DNA of 40,468 nucleotides from a virus (Duplodnaviria; Caudoviricetes): IMG/VR virus record IMGVR_UViG_3300031949_000091, positions 1-40,468 of that record; one strand, written 5' to 3'. Each line of letters starts with the position of its first letter. Position 1 is the stretch's first letter. A program made the translations under genes and the position numbers. Shown piece by piece: positions 17,503 to 26,050 of the stretch. Below the pieces are notes generated by a model that was given only the letters and a program-made list of their open reading frames with translations, ran no database searches and was not told the origin of the DNA.

Positions 17503-18469
17503 CGTTTTTGGCCTCCTGCGGCAGTTCGGGCAGTTCGTGCCAGATACACCCGTCCAGTTCCTGCCTTTTAGGCTGACAGCGGTAGCACCAGCGGCGGCTG
17601 CGGACCGGCTTGGTGGCCACCAGGCCCCGGTGGGGTTCCGTCCGATCCTGGGCATCCTTTCCAACCTCCGGGGCCTGGTTGGCCTTCGTTTCCCGCCAGC
17701 GGCTTCCTTTGTAGAAAAACGGGACCCCACAGATCGCGGCGGCATCGCGGGCTTGGCGCGCAAAATCCAGCGGCGAGGGGCGGGCGCCTGGCCCGGTTTC
17801 GGGGCCGGCGATCAGCCAGTCGATTTGGCGGATCCGTTCCTGAGTCGATTGGCTTGGCGGCTGGCTGCGGGCGGTCCAGTCGGTCGGTCCCAGATAAGGC
17901 TCATAACTGACAAACCGGCGGGCGGCGGGGGTATCGGCCAGCACGTCGATCCGCCAGGCGGTAAAGTCATCCGCCACAGTGGTCCCGACCAGAATATTGG
18001 CGGGCGGCGGCATCTGCATATTTGCCACAATCTTCGGCAACAGATTGGCGGCCCGGTGGATCCGCTTGGTCAGCACGCAAAACACGTGCTGCGGGGCGTC
18101 GGCCATTGCCCGCCAGCTCGCCCCGATCTCCAGGTCGCTAATTTCGTGGTGAAACAGGTCGGTCCAGACGGCCCAGACCGTCGGGCGGGCCTTGATGATC
18201 TTGTCCATTGCCTCCCGCCAATTCAGCCGGACCTCGCCGGTCCACTGGCCAGCCTGGTCGGTCAGCCCCTGATTGCGCTGGCGGATTCCGGGGTGGGGAT
18301 GTCGGGCGAACCGGTGGGCCTGGGCGGCGGACCAGCAGCGGGCGCAGCTATAGTCAACCGGGCTGCAGCCGGCGACTAGGTCCAGGCTGCGCCCCCACCA
18401 TAAACCCCGGGCCAGCCGATCGGCCCCAATCATCGCGGCCAGGTCATAGTGGGCGGCTGGCTTAGGCAT
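17492..18469 (-). CDS. Gp37/Gp68 (DUF5131) family protein, radical-SAM-like three-Cys motif
   Basis: GCSPVDYSCARCW, TDLFH, HVFCVLTKR, NILVGTTV, RFVSYEP, IDWLIAGPETG, GVPFFYK. Confidence 0.9.
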   Translation of the reverse strand: MPKPAAHYDLAAMIGADRLARGLWWGRSLDLVAGCSPVDYSCARCWSAAQAHRFARHPHPGIRQRNQGLTDQAGQWTGEVRLNWREAMDKIIKARPTVWAVWTDLFHHEISDLEIGASWRAMADAPQHVFCVLTKRIHRAANLLPKIVANMQMPPPANILVGTTVADDFTAWRIDVLADTPAARRFVSYEPYLGPTDWTARSQPPSQSTQERIRQIDWLIAGPETGPGARPSPLDFARQARDAAAICGVPFFYKGSRWRETKANQAPEVGKDAQDRTEPHRGLVATKPVRSRRWCYRCQPKRQELDGCIWHELPELPQEAKNGGH

Positions 18470-18740
18470 CGGCGATTGCCTCCACCTGGGCAATGGTGAT
18501 CCGCACCGCGAACCGTTCACTGATTATCTGCGCGATCTGGCGGATGGCGGTCTGGTTGTGGTTGGCCACCAGCGTCAGGGCCCGCAACGCAACATCGCGG
18601 TCACAAGTCCGGCGGGCGGCTTGGATCAATTCGTCTATACCCAGGCGGGTCAAGGTGACGGCAGTTGCCAATCCGCAGCCTTGTTGTCCACAGTTGCGCA
18701 CCTCGGACAGCGGGCAATCGGTCGGCAGCTTAGTCGGCAT
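18462..18740 (-). CDS. Hypothetical protein
   Basis: AGGAG RBS; overlaps both neighbours. Confidence 0.6.
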   Translation of the reverse strand: MPTKLPTDCPLSEVRNCGQQGCGLATAVTLTRLGIDELIQAARRTCDRDVALRALTLVANHNQTAIRQIAQIISERFAVRITIAQVEAIADA

Positions 18741-19248
18741 GGGTTAGGGCTCCTGCGGGTGTCTGGTCGGGTAGTTCCGGCAGATCGGTGCCGCGGTCTT
18801 TCATGTAGTCACCCAAGGCATCGGCGGCGGTCCGCAGGATGGCGCGCAGGCTCATAAGTCCCGCCCTGGCGTCCGGCTCGTTTTGGGCGACCAGCCGGAC
18901 CAGCCTGATCCGCCGCGCGGCACTGGCGGCGGTCTTGTATAGGTCGGCGGTAGTGAAGTCGTTGGCCGGGCCGCTGATTTGCAGCCCCATCTCGGGGTGT
19001 TCGGCGGTCACCTGCCAGGTCCCGGGCTCCAGCTCCCGGCAGCCCAGAACCACCAGCCCCCGCCAATCGTCGTGATCGACCAGATCGCCGCGGTCGAACG
19101 GGGGCAGCCGGCGCTGGCTCTGCAGCTCCAGCAGTAGGCCCCGCAACCGGTCCGCCTGGGCGGGGGTCAGCAGACTCACAGACTCGGCGTCGGCGGCCCG
19201 ATAGCCCAGGTCGGCAATCCAGCCGGCTAGTGCTTCCTTGCTGATCAT
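18730..19248 (-). CDS. Hypothetical protein
   Basis: GAGG RBS; operonic position. Confidence 0.6.
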   Translation of the reverse strand: MISKEALAGWIADLGYRAADAESVSLLTPAQADRLRGLLLELQSQRRLPPFDRGDLVDHDDWRGLVVLGCRELEPGTWQVTAEHPEMGLQISGPANDFTTADLYKTAASAARRIRLVRLVAQNEPDARAGLMSLRAILRTAADALGDYMKDRGTDLPELPDQTPAGALTHAD

Positions 19249-19264
19249 TCCGCGGCCTCACTGC

Positions 19265-19304
19265 AAAAAACCCGCCCGGGCGGGCCCGCCAAGACCCGCC
19301 CGGG
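19265..19304 (-). terminator. Intrinsic terminator with a competing upstream hairpin
   Basis: CCCGC-CCGG-GCGGG followed by T6; upstream CCCGGGCGGG can pair with CCCGCCCGGG of the terminator stem. Confidence 0.5.
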
Positions 19305-19327
19305 TCCGCCATAGCGCGCCCACGGCG

Positions 19328-19516
19328 CTAGTTTTGGTCCCCGTTTTTGCCTTCCAGCCCCCGCAGGCCCTTGGTGATCAGAAACCGCAGGCAGTCGGCC
19401 CGGTTTTCAATCCCCAGGTGGGCCTGGGCCTCGGCGATGGCAGCGGCCAGGCGGGGGTTCAAGGTCATACTGACGTAGCGGCTCGGCGTTCGTCGGGTGG
19501 TAACGGTGTCGCTCAT
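19328..19516 (-). CDS. Ribbon-helix-helix regulator (Cro-equivalent position)
   Basis: YVSMTLN strand, helix, G turn, NRADCLRFLI helix; GAGGG RBS plus ATG at 19516. Confidence 0.75.
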   Translation of the reverse strand: MSDTVTTRRTPSRYVSMTLNPRLAAAIAEAQAHLGIENRADCLRFLITKGLRGLEGKNGDQN

Positions 19517-19558
19517 TGTTCGGCCCTCAAAAAACCTCATAACCTATACAGTCGGCAG

Positions 19559-19586
19559 ATTCTACCTCTCACCACCAGCCTGTCAA
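19559..19586 (-). promoter_or_regulatory. Sigma70-type promoter (early lytic direction)
   Basis: TTGACA-16 bp-TAGAAT on the minus strand. Confidence 0.7.
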
Positions 19587-19629
19587 CCCAAAAAGTATAA
19601 AAACCCCTTCAAACACCTCAAGTTATCTG

Positions 19630-19658
19630 TTGATACGTCGGGCGGGGCGTGCTAAACT
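19630..19658 (+). promoter_or_regulatory. Sigma70-type promoter for the repressor candidate
   Basis: TTGATA-17 bp-TAAACT with TGn extension. Confidence 0.6.
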
Positions 19659-19690
19659 CTTTGCTAGTATAGGGTTGGATAGGGGACTCT

Positions 19691-19960
19691 ATGGGACCAA
19701 AAAAAACAAACAAACGCACGATCAATCTGCAGCTGAACCCCGAGGACTATCAGGATCTGGACAAATTGATCCAGCGGTTTGGTATGCCGCAGCGTGAATT
19801 TGTCCGGCGGGTCTTTGCCTGGTTGTTGGCTCAGGACCCGCTTGTCCAGGCGGTAGTGTGCGGCGTCGTTCCGCAGGACAAGGCGGTGAACGTCCTAGAT
19901 ATGGTGCGTAGGACACTGGCGGGGCTGCCGGATCCTAATGATGGGGCGGCTTGTGGGTAA
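19691..19960 (+). CDS. Ribbon-helix-helix regulator, repressor candidate
   Basis: TINLQLN strand, PEDYQDLDKL helix, GMPQREFVRRVF helix; AGGGG RBS; divergent orientation. Confidence 0.75.
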   Translation: MGPKKTNKRTINLQLNPEDYQDLDKLIQRFGMPQREFVRRVFAWLLAQDPLVQAVVCGVVPQDKAVNVLDMVRRTLAGLPDPNDGAACG

Positions 19961-20723
19961 ACCCCCGCCGACAGTCTACTATTAGTAGCTGGCGGCCCAG
20001 GCCCATCGTCAACAGGCAACTAAAGGGCGACCGGCTTCGCAGGTATTCGGTCAGATCGGCGGTCTTGGCATTCTGGCAGCTCCACCAGGCGAGTTGTATT
20101 GGCTCCGCTGGCGCGCTTAACCAGACCGCCAGCCACCCGGCGGGCGCATCCATCTGGTCGGCAAGCCAGGCATGGGCCCAGAACCAGCTCGCGGTGGTCT
20201 GGTCGGCAAAGTGGGCGACGATGTTAGGGTGGTTCACGCCATAGGACCGGCAAAAGTCGATCCGGGGGCCCGCGGTGGTGTCGATCAGATAGTAATAGTG
20301 CTGGATCCCGGCGGTCCGCCCGTAGCTCGTGATCTGCCAACAATCATTTAACACCTGTTGACAATCGACGCCCCGCGGCCAAGGGATCTGCTCGGCTAAA
20401 ACCTGCCGGGCAAGGGCGGGATTCAGCCCGCCCAATTCACAACAGGCTAGGCGCTGGTCCAGGTCCCGGGCGGCATGGTAGCGCCACAATAGTTTGACCT
20501 CCGCCGGCTGGGCGGCGTTCCGTCCGGTGATCACCAGCGCGCCGATCGCGGCGATCGCACAGACAGCGGCCAGGCACCACCACAACCACGGGTTCCGGGC
20601 ATTTTCTGGGGACAGCCGACCCCAGGGTCCGATCGTCAGGTCTACATTTGGGGGCGGGGGTGGTGGTGACGGGCGGGACTTCTGCATGGGTTTTTGGTCC
20701 GGCTGTGGGGGCTGCATGGTCAT
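19935..20723 (-). CDS. Single-pass membrane protein coupled to the integrase
   Basis: Pro-rich N-terminus, TM WLWWCLAAVCAIAAIGALVI; ATGA overlap with int stop. Confidence 0.65.
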   Translation of the reverse strand: MTMQPPQPDQKPMQKSRPSPPPPPPNVDLTIGPWGRLSPENARNPWLWWCLAAVCAIAAIGALVITGRNAAQPAEVKLLWRYHAARDLDQRLACCELGGLNPALARQVLAEQIPWPRGVDCQQVLNDCWQITSYGRTAGIQHYYYLIDTTAGPRIDFCRSYGVNHPNIVAHFADQTTASWFWAHAWLADQMDAPAGWLAVWLSAPAEPIQLAWWSCQNAKTADLTEYLRSRSPFSCLLTMGLGRQLLIVDCRRGFTHKPPHH

Positions 20724-21829
20724 GTCCTCTTGGGTGGGTTGGGTGGGGCTGCCGGCAGGTCAGCCAGCTGCAAGGCGGCGGCGATCCGGTCGGCGTGGGG
20801 CGTCAAGTCGGTGTAATGTTTTAGGGCGATCGGCGGGCTGTGGCCCAGCATCCCGGCGGCGGTCTGGTCGGCGATCCCGTAGACCCGCAGCCGGCTGCTG
20901 CAGGTCAGCCTGAAATCCTGAAACCGGTGGTGCTGGATCCCGGCGACGTCACACAATCGGGCAAACCGCTTGCCGGCCAGTGGGTCGGCGGGCCAGATCC
21001 GGCCGGCTTCCGGTTGGCCCTCGTAAAGCCCGTCGATTGCGGCTGCCAGCGGTTCGGGCAGCGGGACCAGGCTGATATGGGCGGTCTTAGTGTGCGTGAC
21101 CCGGACAGTCCGCGCGACCACGTCGACGTCGTAGTAATGCAGCCCCAGAATATGGCTCTTGCGGGCCCCGGTAAACCAGGCGGTCAGCAGCAGGGCGTAG
21201 GTGGCCAGGTCGGGGGCACGGGCCAGCAAGGCCCTAAACTCCGCCTCAGTGATGGCGTGGTGTTGGCGGGGCATCGGGCGCAGCCGGCAGGCCCGGGCGC
21301 GATTGACTGGGTTATCCACCATTGCGGGCGGGCGCAAGTCCAGGGCGTAGTTACATAAGGCCCGCAGGTGGCGCAGTTCGGTTTTGATTCGGCTGACGCT
21401 GGGCGGGCGGCGTTTGCTGTAGACCTTACCGCTGGGTCCCCGCTGGCGCGTGGGTTGCTCTAGTCGGCGGCGGACATAGCGGTCGATCACGGCGGGGCTT
21501 AGTTGGTCGGTCCTCAGTTTGCCGGCCCGGCCGACCGTTTCGGCCAGCCGCTCGACCAGGGCGGTCATATCGGCCTCATAGGCCCCGGGCGGTCCGGTCC
21601 GCGGGCGGTCGGCGAGCCAATGCTGCAGCAGCTCCGTTAGTTGCAGTGGGCGGATCCGCATGGTCAGCCCTATATCCAGTTCGGTCTGCTGGCGGATCAG
21701 GGCGTCGCGGGCTTGGCCCGGGTCCGCTGTTCCGGTGGTCTGGCTGACGGTAACCCCCTCAATCCGCCAGCGGATCTCAAAGTTGCGCCCCGGGCGGCAG
21801 ACAAGATAGGCTTTCGGTGGGCGTCGCAT
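20720..21829 (-). CDS. int: Tyrosine recombinase/integrase
   Basis: TGAR..., HTKT, FQDFR, MLGH, KHY catalytic set; N-terminal arm-binding-like strands; AGGAG plus ATG at 21829. Confidence 0.92.
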   Translation of the reverse strand: MRRPPKAYLVCRPGRNFEIRWRIEGVTVSQTTGTADPGQARDALIRQQTELDIGLTMRIRPLQLTELLQHWLADRPRTGPPGAYEADMTALVERLAETVGRAGKLRTDQLSPAVIDRYVRRRLEQPTRQRGPSGKVYSKRRPPSVSRIKTELRHLRALCNYALDLRPPAMVDNPVNRARACRLRPMPRQHHAITEAEFRALLARAPDLATYALLLTAWFTGARKSHILGLHYYDVDVVARTVRVTHTKTAHISLVPLPEPLAAAIDGLYEGQPEAGRIWPADPLAGKRFARLCDVAGIQHHRFQDFRLTCSSRLRVYGIADQTAAGMLGHSPPIALKHYTDLTPHADRIAAALQLADLPAAPPNPPKRT

Positions 21830-21957
21830 CGGAACTCCTGGCCAAAGGACGCCGTCACTGGCGGCTGCCAGCGCCCAGGCTCCGCACTGGGGGCACCAAT
21901 ACCAGACCCCGGCGGTCACCAGTTCGCAGCCAGCGGCGGATCTGCCGGTCCATCCAG

Positions 21958-23583
21958 TCAGCCGGCGGCTTTCCCGTTATCTATATCCGGCTCAATTTCG
22001 CTGACCTGGTCGGTCTGGGCGTCGACGTTCTGTTGGTCGACTATCTGCTGCTGCAGCCGGTTGATGGTCCGGGCTTGCTCGGCGTTGCGTTCGGACATCT
22101 CGGCGATCCTGGCGGCTTGGGCGCTGGCCTGGTGCTCTTGCCGCAGAATCCGGGCACTCAGTTGCCGGGCGTCGTCGGCGGCGGTCCGCAGATCCGCTCG
22201 GGATGGCGTCCAGTCGGGGATCGCCTCCGCCGGCAGGGCCAGGCGGCACCCGCAGCAGCGCGGCCAGTGCTTGGGGTCGCCTGTATGGGCGTACAGATTG
22301 GCGGACCGACGGCGCCCGCACTTTTGGCAGACCGCCCAGGGCGGCGGTCCGATTATCTTGTCTTGGTCGTGGTCCCAATAGACCATGTCTCCGGCGGTGA
22401 TTAGATCGTCAGTCTGAAAACCGATCGGCCCGCCGTAAAAGTCCAGCGGGTAGGGTTCGGCCCCGGTCGGTGGGCGGGCCAGGATCTTTAGGACAATTTC
22501 GTCCGCCCGCCGGCGGCTGGCGGCGCCCAGGCGGCCCATCATTTCGACGCTGTTGTCCCACCACTCGCGGTCCTCGGGGCTCATTCCAGCGCGGGCCCAG
22601 TTGCGGACCCTGTCCTCAAAGGTCTGCCCCTCGTGGCGGTTGATCTCGGCGGCCAGGGGCGGGTAGCGGTCGGCCAGGGCTTTAACCTTTTCCAGGATGC
22701 CCATCTGGTCCCAGGCTTCTGGCTTGGGCGGGCTCTGTTCCTCCGCCCAATCCGCCGGCGCGGCGGCGCTTCGCAATCGCTCCAGTACTGCCCGGGCGCG
22801 CCGTATCTGATCTTGCCCGTCGGCGTTGGCCTCCAGTTCCCCGACCCGTTGCCTTAATGCCGGATCGCTGGACGGTTGTTTGCCGGCTGGCGCTATCGTC
22901 GGGACCGACAGGACCACACTGGCCTTTTTCTCGCAGTCATCGCAGACCGGAAACTTACCCACCAGCCCCTCCAGGGCGCAAAATCGCACGTGTTTGCCCT
23001 TTAGTGGTCGGTGGCAGCCTGGACAGGCGGCCCCGGGTCCTGCCAGCCGATAGGGTTGGCGGTCCAGTATCCGGCACTCCAGGCGGTTGTCCCGATCGGC
23101 CCATAGTCTGGACAGCTCGGCGATAACGGCGGCAGGGGCCCTACTGTGCCAGGGCTCCTCCGCGGTCGGTTGTCTGGTCAGATGGGCGATCTGGGCTTCC
23201 AGACCGATGATCCTTAATTCGCGCTGGTGGACCTGTTTCAGCAAGTTGCGGATCTCCCGCTGCACGTAGTCAAGATCTGCGCCGGCGGGGGTGCGTTCGG
23301 CTTGTAAACCTTCCACCTGGGCGTTCCAGGCGTGGCAGGTTATATCCCGTGTCATTCCAAGGGCGGAACCGATTGGGCAATCGTTACTGGGGCAGCGGAT
23401 GATCCAGTTAACCCCTTTAAGGTTCCTGTTCCGCTGGACAAGGGGCTGGGTTCCGCACCACGGGCAGGGTAGCGGTTCGGTCGGTATCTGGGCATGGGGG
23501 GTCGGCGGGGCAGGTGTGGCGTCCGGGCTCCGGTGGGTTGGTGGCCCAGTGGTGTCCATGTTCTGACTTGTCGGCTTTGTCAT
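21958..23583 (-). CDS. Mosaic protein with Lar-like N-terminal zinc finger, further CxxC pairs and coiled coils
   Basis: PLPCPWCG...IRC...C...AWN; CPGC/CDDC, CQKC/CCGC; 541 aa. Confidence 0.65.
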   Translation of the reverse strand: MTKPTSQNMDTTGPPTHRSPDATPAPPTPHAQIPTEPLPCPWCGTQPLVQRNRNLKGVNWIIRCPSNDCPIGSALGMTRDITCHAWNAQVEGLQAERTPAGADLDYVQREIRNLLKQVHQRELRIIGLEAQIAHLTRQPTAEEPWHSRAPAAVIAELSRLWADRDNRLECRILDRQPYRLAGPGAACPGCHRPLKGKHVRFCALEGLVGKFPVCDDCEKKASVVLSVPTIAPAGKQPSSDPALRQRVGELEANADGQDQIRRARAVLERLRSAAAPADWAEEQSPPKPEAWDQMGILEKVKALADRYPPLAAEINRHEGQTFEDRVRNWARAGMSPEDREWWDNSVEMMGRLGAASRRRADEIVLKILARPPTGAEPYPLDFYGGPIGFQTDDLITAGDMVYWDHDQDKIIGPPPWAVCQKCGRRRSANLYAHTGDPKHWPRCCGCRLALPAEAIPDWTPSRADLRTAADDARQLSARILRQEHQASAQAARIAEMSERNAEQARTINRLQQQIVDQQNVDAQTDQVSEIEPDIDNGKAAG

Positions 23584-23796
23584 ACCTAAGTCCTTGTCTT
23601 GTACCGCGCCGGGCAGGACTCGAACCTGCGACCGCGGGATTAGAAATCCGCCCCTAGGGGTAAACCTGGGCAGGCTTCGACGCTCTGTAATTCTGTAACT
23701 CTCTCGGATTCTCTCCCTTACGCTATCTCACTATAGCACACTCTTGGGCTCTTATCCAGCCTCTAATTAGGTAGTTGGTGGCGGATTGGTGTCCAT
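23537..23796. repeat. Integrase arm-type direct repeats flanking the att core
   Basis: GTTGGTGGCCCAGTGGTGTCCAT (23537..23559) and GTTGGTGGCGGATTGGTGTCCAT (23774..23796), 20/23 identical. Confidence 0.7.
23605..23649 (-). mobile_element. attP: attP core: 3' half of a tRNA-Arg(TCT) gene
   Basis: Minus strand GGA-TTTCTAA-TCCCG-CGGTC-GCAGG-TTCGAGT-CCTGC-CCGGCGC-G: anticodon loop, T-arm and acceptor 3' strand; no D-arm or 5' acceptor strand. Confidence 0.88.
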
Positions 23797-23798
23797 AC

Positions 23799-24053
23799 TC
23801 ATCTTCGAATATCGCGATTCGGTCCCACTAGCCTGATTGGTCGGCATGTCAGTCCTCGACAGTTGGGGCATAATCGGCTGTCGTCGTCCAGAATCGGAAC
23901 GCAATTCACGCACCCTATGGCCGAACACCGATCACAGGGGGCGCAGGTCGATTCGTAGAGAGGCACGCGACAGAAATCGCACGTTCCCAAGTCATCTAAT
24001 CTATCGCAGTCCATTCCATCAATATCTTTTGGCATAACACCCTCATTCCTCAC
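23799..24053 (-). CDS. Small protein with four CxxC pairs (zinc finger)
   Basis: CDFC, CDRC, CVNC, CPNC. Confidence 0.6.
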   Translation of the reverse strand: MRNEGVMPKDIDGMDCDRLDDLGTCDFCRVPLYESTCAPCDRCSAIGCVNCVPILDDDSRLCPNCRGLTCRPIRLVGPNRDIRR

Positions 24054-24504
24054 TCGGCCCCGGCAGTAGTGGCGGCATCCTGCCCTCTATGTAGGATTGC
24101 TTGACCTGTGGAATCGCCCAGGCCCCGAAGGTGCGGCCGTCGGGCAGCACCGTCTGCGCCAAAAACTCCTCCGGCAGGGTGGTTATGCCACTTTCTACCG
24201 CCTCCAGTTTGGCTTTGATGATCAGGGCAAGGGCCCGCCACCGCTGGCGGACCCCTTGCTCATAGGCGTTTTCGATACTCCTGGCGTTGTTGCGCTTCTT
24301 GCCCGTCGGCGTCCGGGTAAATTTCTCCCGATCCGGCAGCGGCAGCTCGAAGCGCACACGCAACCCGTCGATTCTAAACCCCAGCGTGGCCCTTTGATCG
24401 TCCCAGCCATACGCAAAGGCATCCGCCCCGTAGCGGGTTAGGGTCCGCTCTATCTCGGCGCGGCTGCGGTCCGATGGGACGTCGGTTTGGCTGGCATACC
24501 TCAT
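24043..24504 (-). CDS. Conserved uncharacterised phage protein
   Basis: YA..T.V...RSRAEIE..L.RYGA...RQRWRAL.L.IKAKLEAVESGI pattern common in prophage early regions. Confidence 0.75.
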   Translation of the reverse strand: MRYASQTDVPSDRSRAEIERTLTRYGADAFAYGWDDQRATLGFRIDGLRVRFELPLPDREKFTRTPTGKKRNNARSIENAYEQGVRQRWRALALIIKAKLEAVESGITTLPEEFLAQTVLPDGRTFGAWAIPQVKQSYIEGRMPPLLPGPSEE

Positions 24505-25250
24505 TGGTCTACCTCAACCAGTATCAGCGCCCGGCGGCGGGCTCGGACTATCGGGTCGATGTCATGCCCGCGCTCGACTGGAAAGTGACTCCAGGCGTAC
24601 AGTGCGGCGACCAGCCGCGGGTCACAGACCATCGGGTAACTGATCGTCTCGGCGCCTTTGCGGGCTTGGCTGCGGGCGTCGTTGTCGGCGGCGACCATTT
24701 CGGTGGCGTCCAGCATTTCGCGCAAGGTGTAGGATTGCAGATCCGGGCACTCCTCACCCTCCTGCAGGCCCATTGTTTGGTAAAAGACCTTGACCATATC
24801 GTCGTTGACCGCTTTGGCCCGCTCCAGGGCGTCGGGGCTGCTGGCAAGTTGCTTGCCGCAGTGGGGGCAATGCGTGGTATCCTGCAAAACTCCGCAGCAA
24901 AGGATCATGGGTTTGGCCTCCTGTTCGGTTCGGGTCCGCGGCCTGGGGCGATCGGCAGGTGGGGGGGCCTCATGGTCCAGCAGATCCCTCAGCGCCAAAA
25001 ACCACCTTTTCCACTTCTCTGCCGAGTCATGAAAGGCCCGGGGTTCGTGCCAGCCCTCTTGGTCACAAGTGGCTTTTGCCGTCCGATGGGCTCGGGCGGT
25101 CCGCCTCAGCCATTCCAGCAGCCCGCGGGCGGTCAAGTCGATCACTTTATGACCGCATCGCGGGCAGCGATTCTGGCGGCAGGTCCGCCCGCAACGTTTG
25201 CAGCGGTTCGGGGGCCTCCAAACTTTAGGTGGCATGTTTGGATACTCCAT
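24501..25250 (-). CDS. Hypothetical Cys-containing protein with internal in-frame start at 24908
   Basis: CKRC/CPRC and CC...CPHC; AGGAGG plus ATG at 24908. Confidence 0.6.
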   Translation of the reverse strand: MEYPNMPPKVWRPPNRCKRCGRTCRQNRCPRCGHKVIDLTARGLLEWLRRTARAHRTAKATCDQEGWHEPRAFHDSAEKWKRWFLALRDLLDHEAPPPADRPRPRTRTEQEAKPMILCCGVLQDTTHCPHCGKQLASSPDALERAKAVNDDMVKVFYQTMGLQEGEECPDLQSYTLREMLDATEMVAADNDARSQARKGAETISYPMVCDPRLVAALYAWSHFPVERGHDIDPIVRARRRALILVEVDQ

Positions 25251-25713
25251 TTTTGGCGATTAGGTCCACCCGGGCTTGCCTCCCTGTTTTGGGCTCTAAT
25301 TGCTTGGCGACGCGTTTGGCCTGGCGGCCCCGCGCGCGGGCTTGGTGGATCCCCAGTCGCGTGCCGTTCGGCAGTAGGATCGTCTGGCAGTTCGGCCCAG
25401 CAGCGTGGGCATAATCAGCAGGCCCAACATAGAATTCCTGCATACGCCCGCCCAGCGCCTTGGCCAATAGTTTGGCCTCGTGCCGGCGGCGTTTCCGCCT
25501 GGCGGTCCACTTGGGATAAAGTTCCTTTCCGCAGTCCGGGCAGTGGCGCATGTGGCGGACTGACCCGCAGCAGTGGACCCGCGGGGCCCAAACGGTGCGG
25601 CTAGGCGGGCGGTGTCTGCTCTTGGTTTTCTGGGGGGCGGCGGGCTTGTAGGTCTGCCCCGTGCGCGTGCGATAATTAGTCAGCAGATCAGATCGGCGGC
25701 GCCTCCACTTCAT
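25225..25713 (-). CDS. Basic hypothetical protein with CC...CPDC motif
   Basis: Operonic overlaps; HCCGSVRHMRHCPDCGKEL. Confidence 0.55.
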   Translation of the reverse strand: MKWRRRRSDLLTNYRTRTGQTYKPAAPQKTKSRHRPPSRTVWAPRVHCCGSVRHMRHCPDCGKELYPKWTARRKRRRHEAKLLAKALGGRMQEFYVGPADYAHAAGPNCQTILLPNGTRLGIHQARARGRQAKRVAKQLEPKTGRQARVDLIAKNGVSKHAT

Positions 25714-26047
25714 GGGATCCGGTCCGGTTGGCGGGGTCAGGCTGGGTTCCGATCGGCTTGATCGGTGGCGGGGTGGTGTTCGTTACTATGCGGCGCACGT
25801 CCTGTAGATTGGGCGCCTCGGGTAGGCTGTATCGCGGGACCCCGAATAAGGCTTCGCCCGCGTTGGCAGGCTTGGCGGTCCAAACCTCATAAAAGGCAAT
25901 CGCCAGGGCCAGAACCTGGGCTTGGCCGCGCCGGTCTTCACACCAGCAGCCAGCCAGCTGCTCGACCCGTTCAAGAAAAAACACCAGGTCGGCGGGTGGT
26001 TGCGGGCAGCGTTCTCGCAGCATTTCGACCAGGGTAGGATTGGCCAT
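25688..26047 (-). CDS. Hypothetical protein
   Basis: GGAGGG RBS plus ATG. Confidence 0.6.
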   Translation of the reverse strand: MANPTLVEMLRERCPQPPADLVFFLERVEQLAGCWCEDRRGQAQVLALAIAFYEVWTAKPANAGEALFGVPRYSLPEAPNLQDVRRIVTNTTPPPIKPIGTQPDPANRTGSHEVEAPPI

Positions 26048-26050
26048 CGT

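Noticed and set aside
23605-23680. Complete phage tRNA gene
   Set aside because: Only the anticodon loop to the 3' end is present; there is no D-arm or 5' acceptor strand, so it is treated as attP.
17477-25604. Long plus-strand ORFs such as 17477..18379, 21641..22381 and 24474..25604
   Set aside because: Antisense shadows of well-supported minus-strand genes in GC-rich DNA; no motifs.
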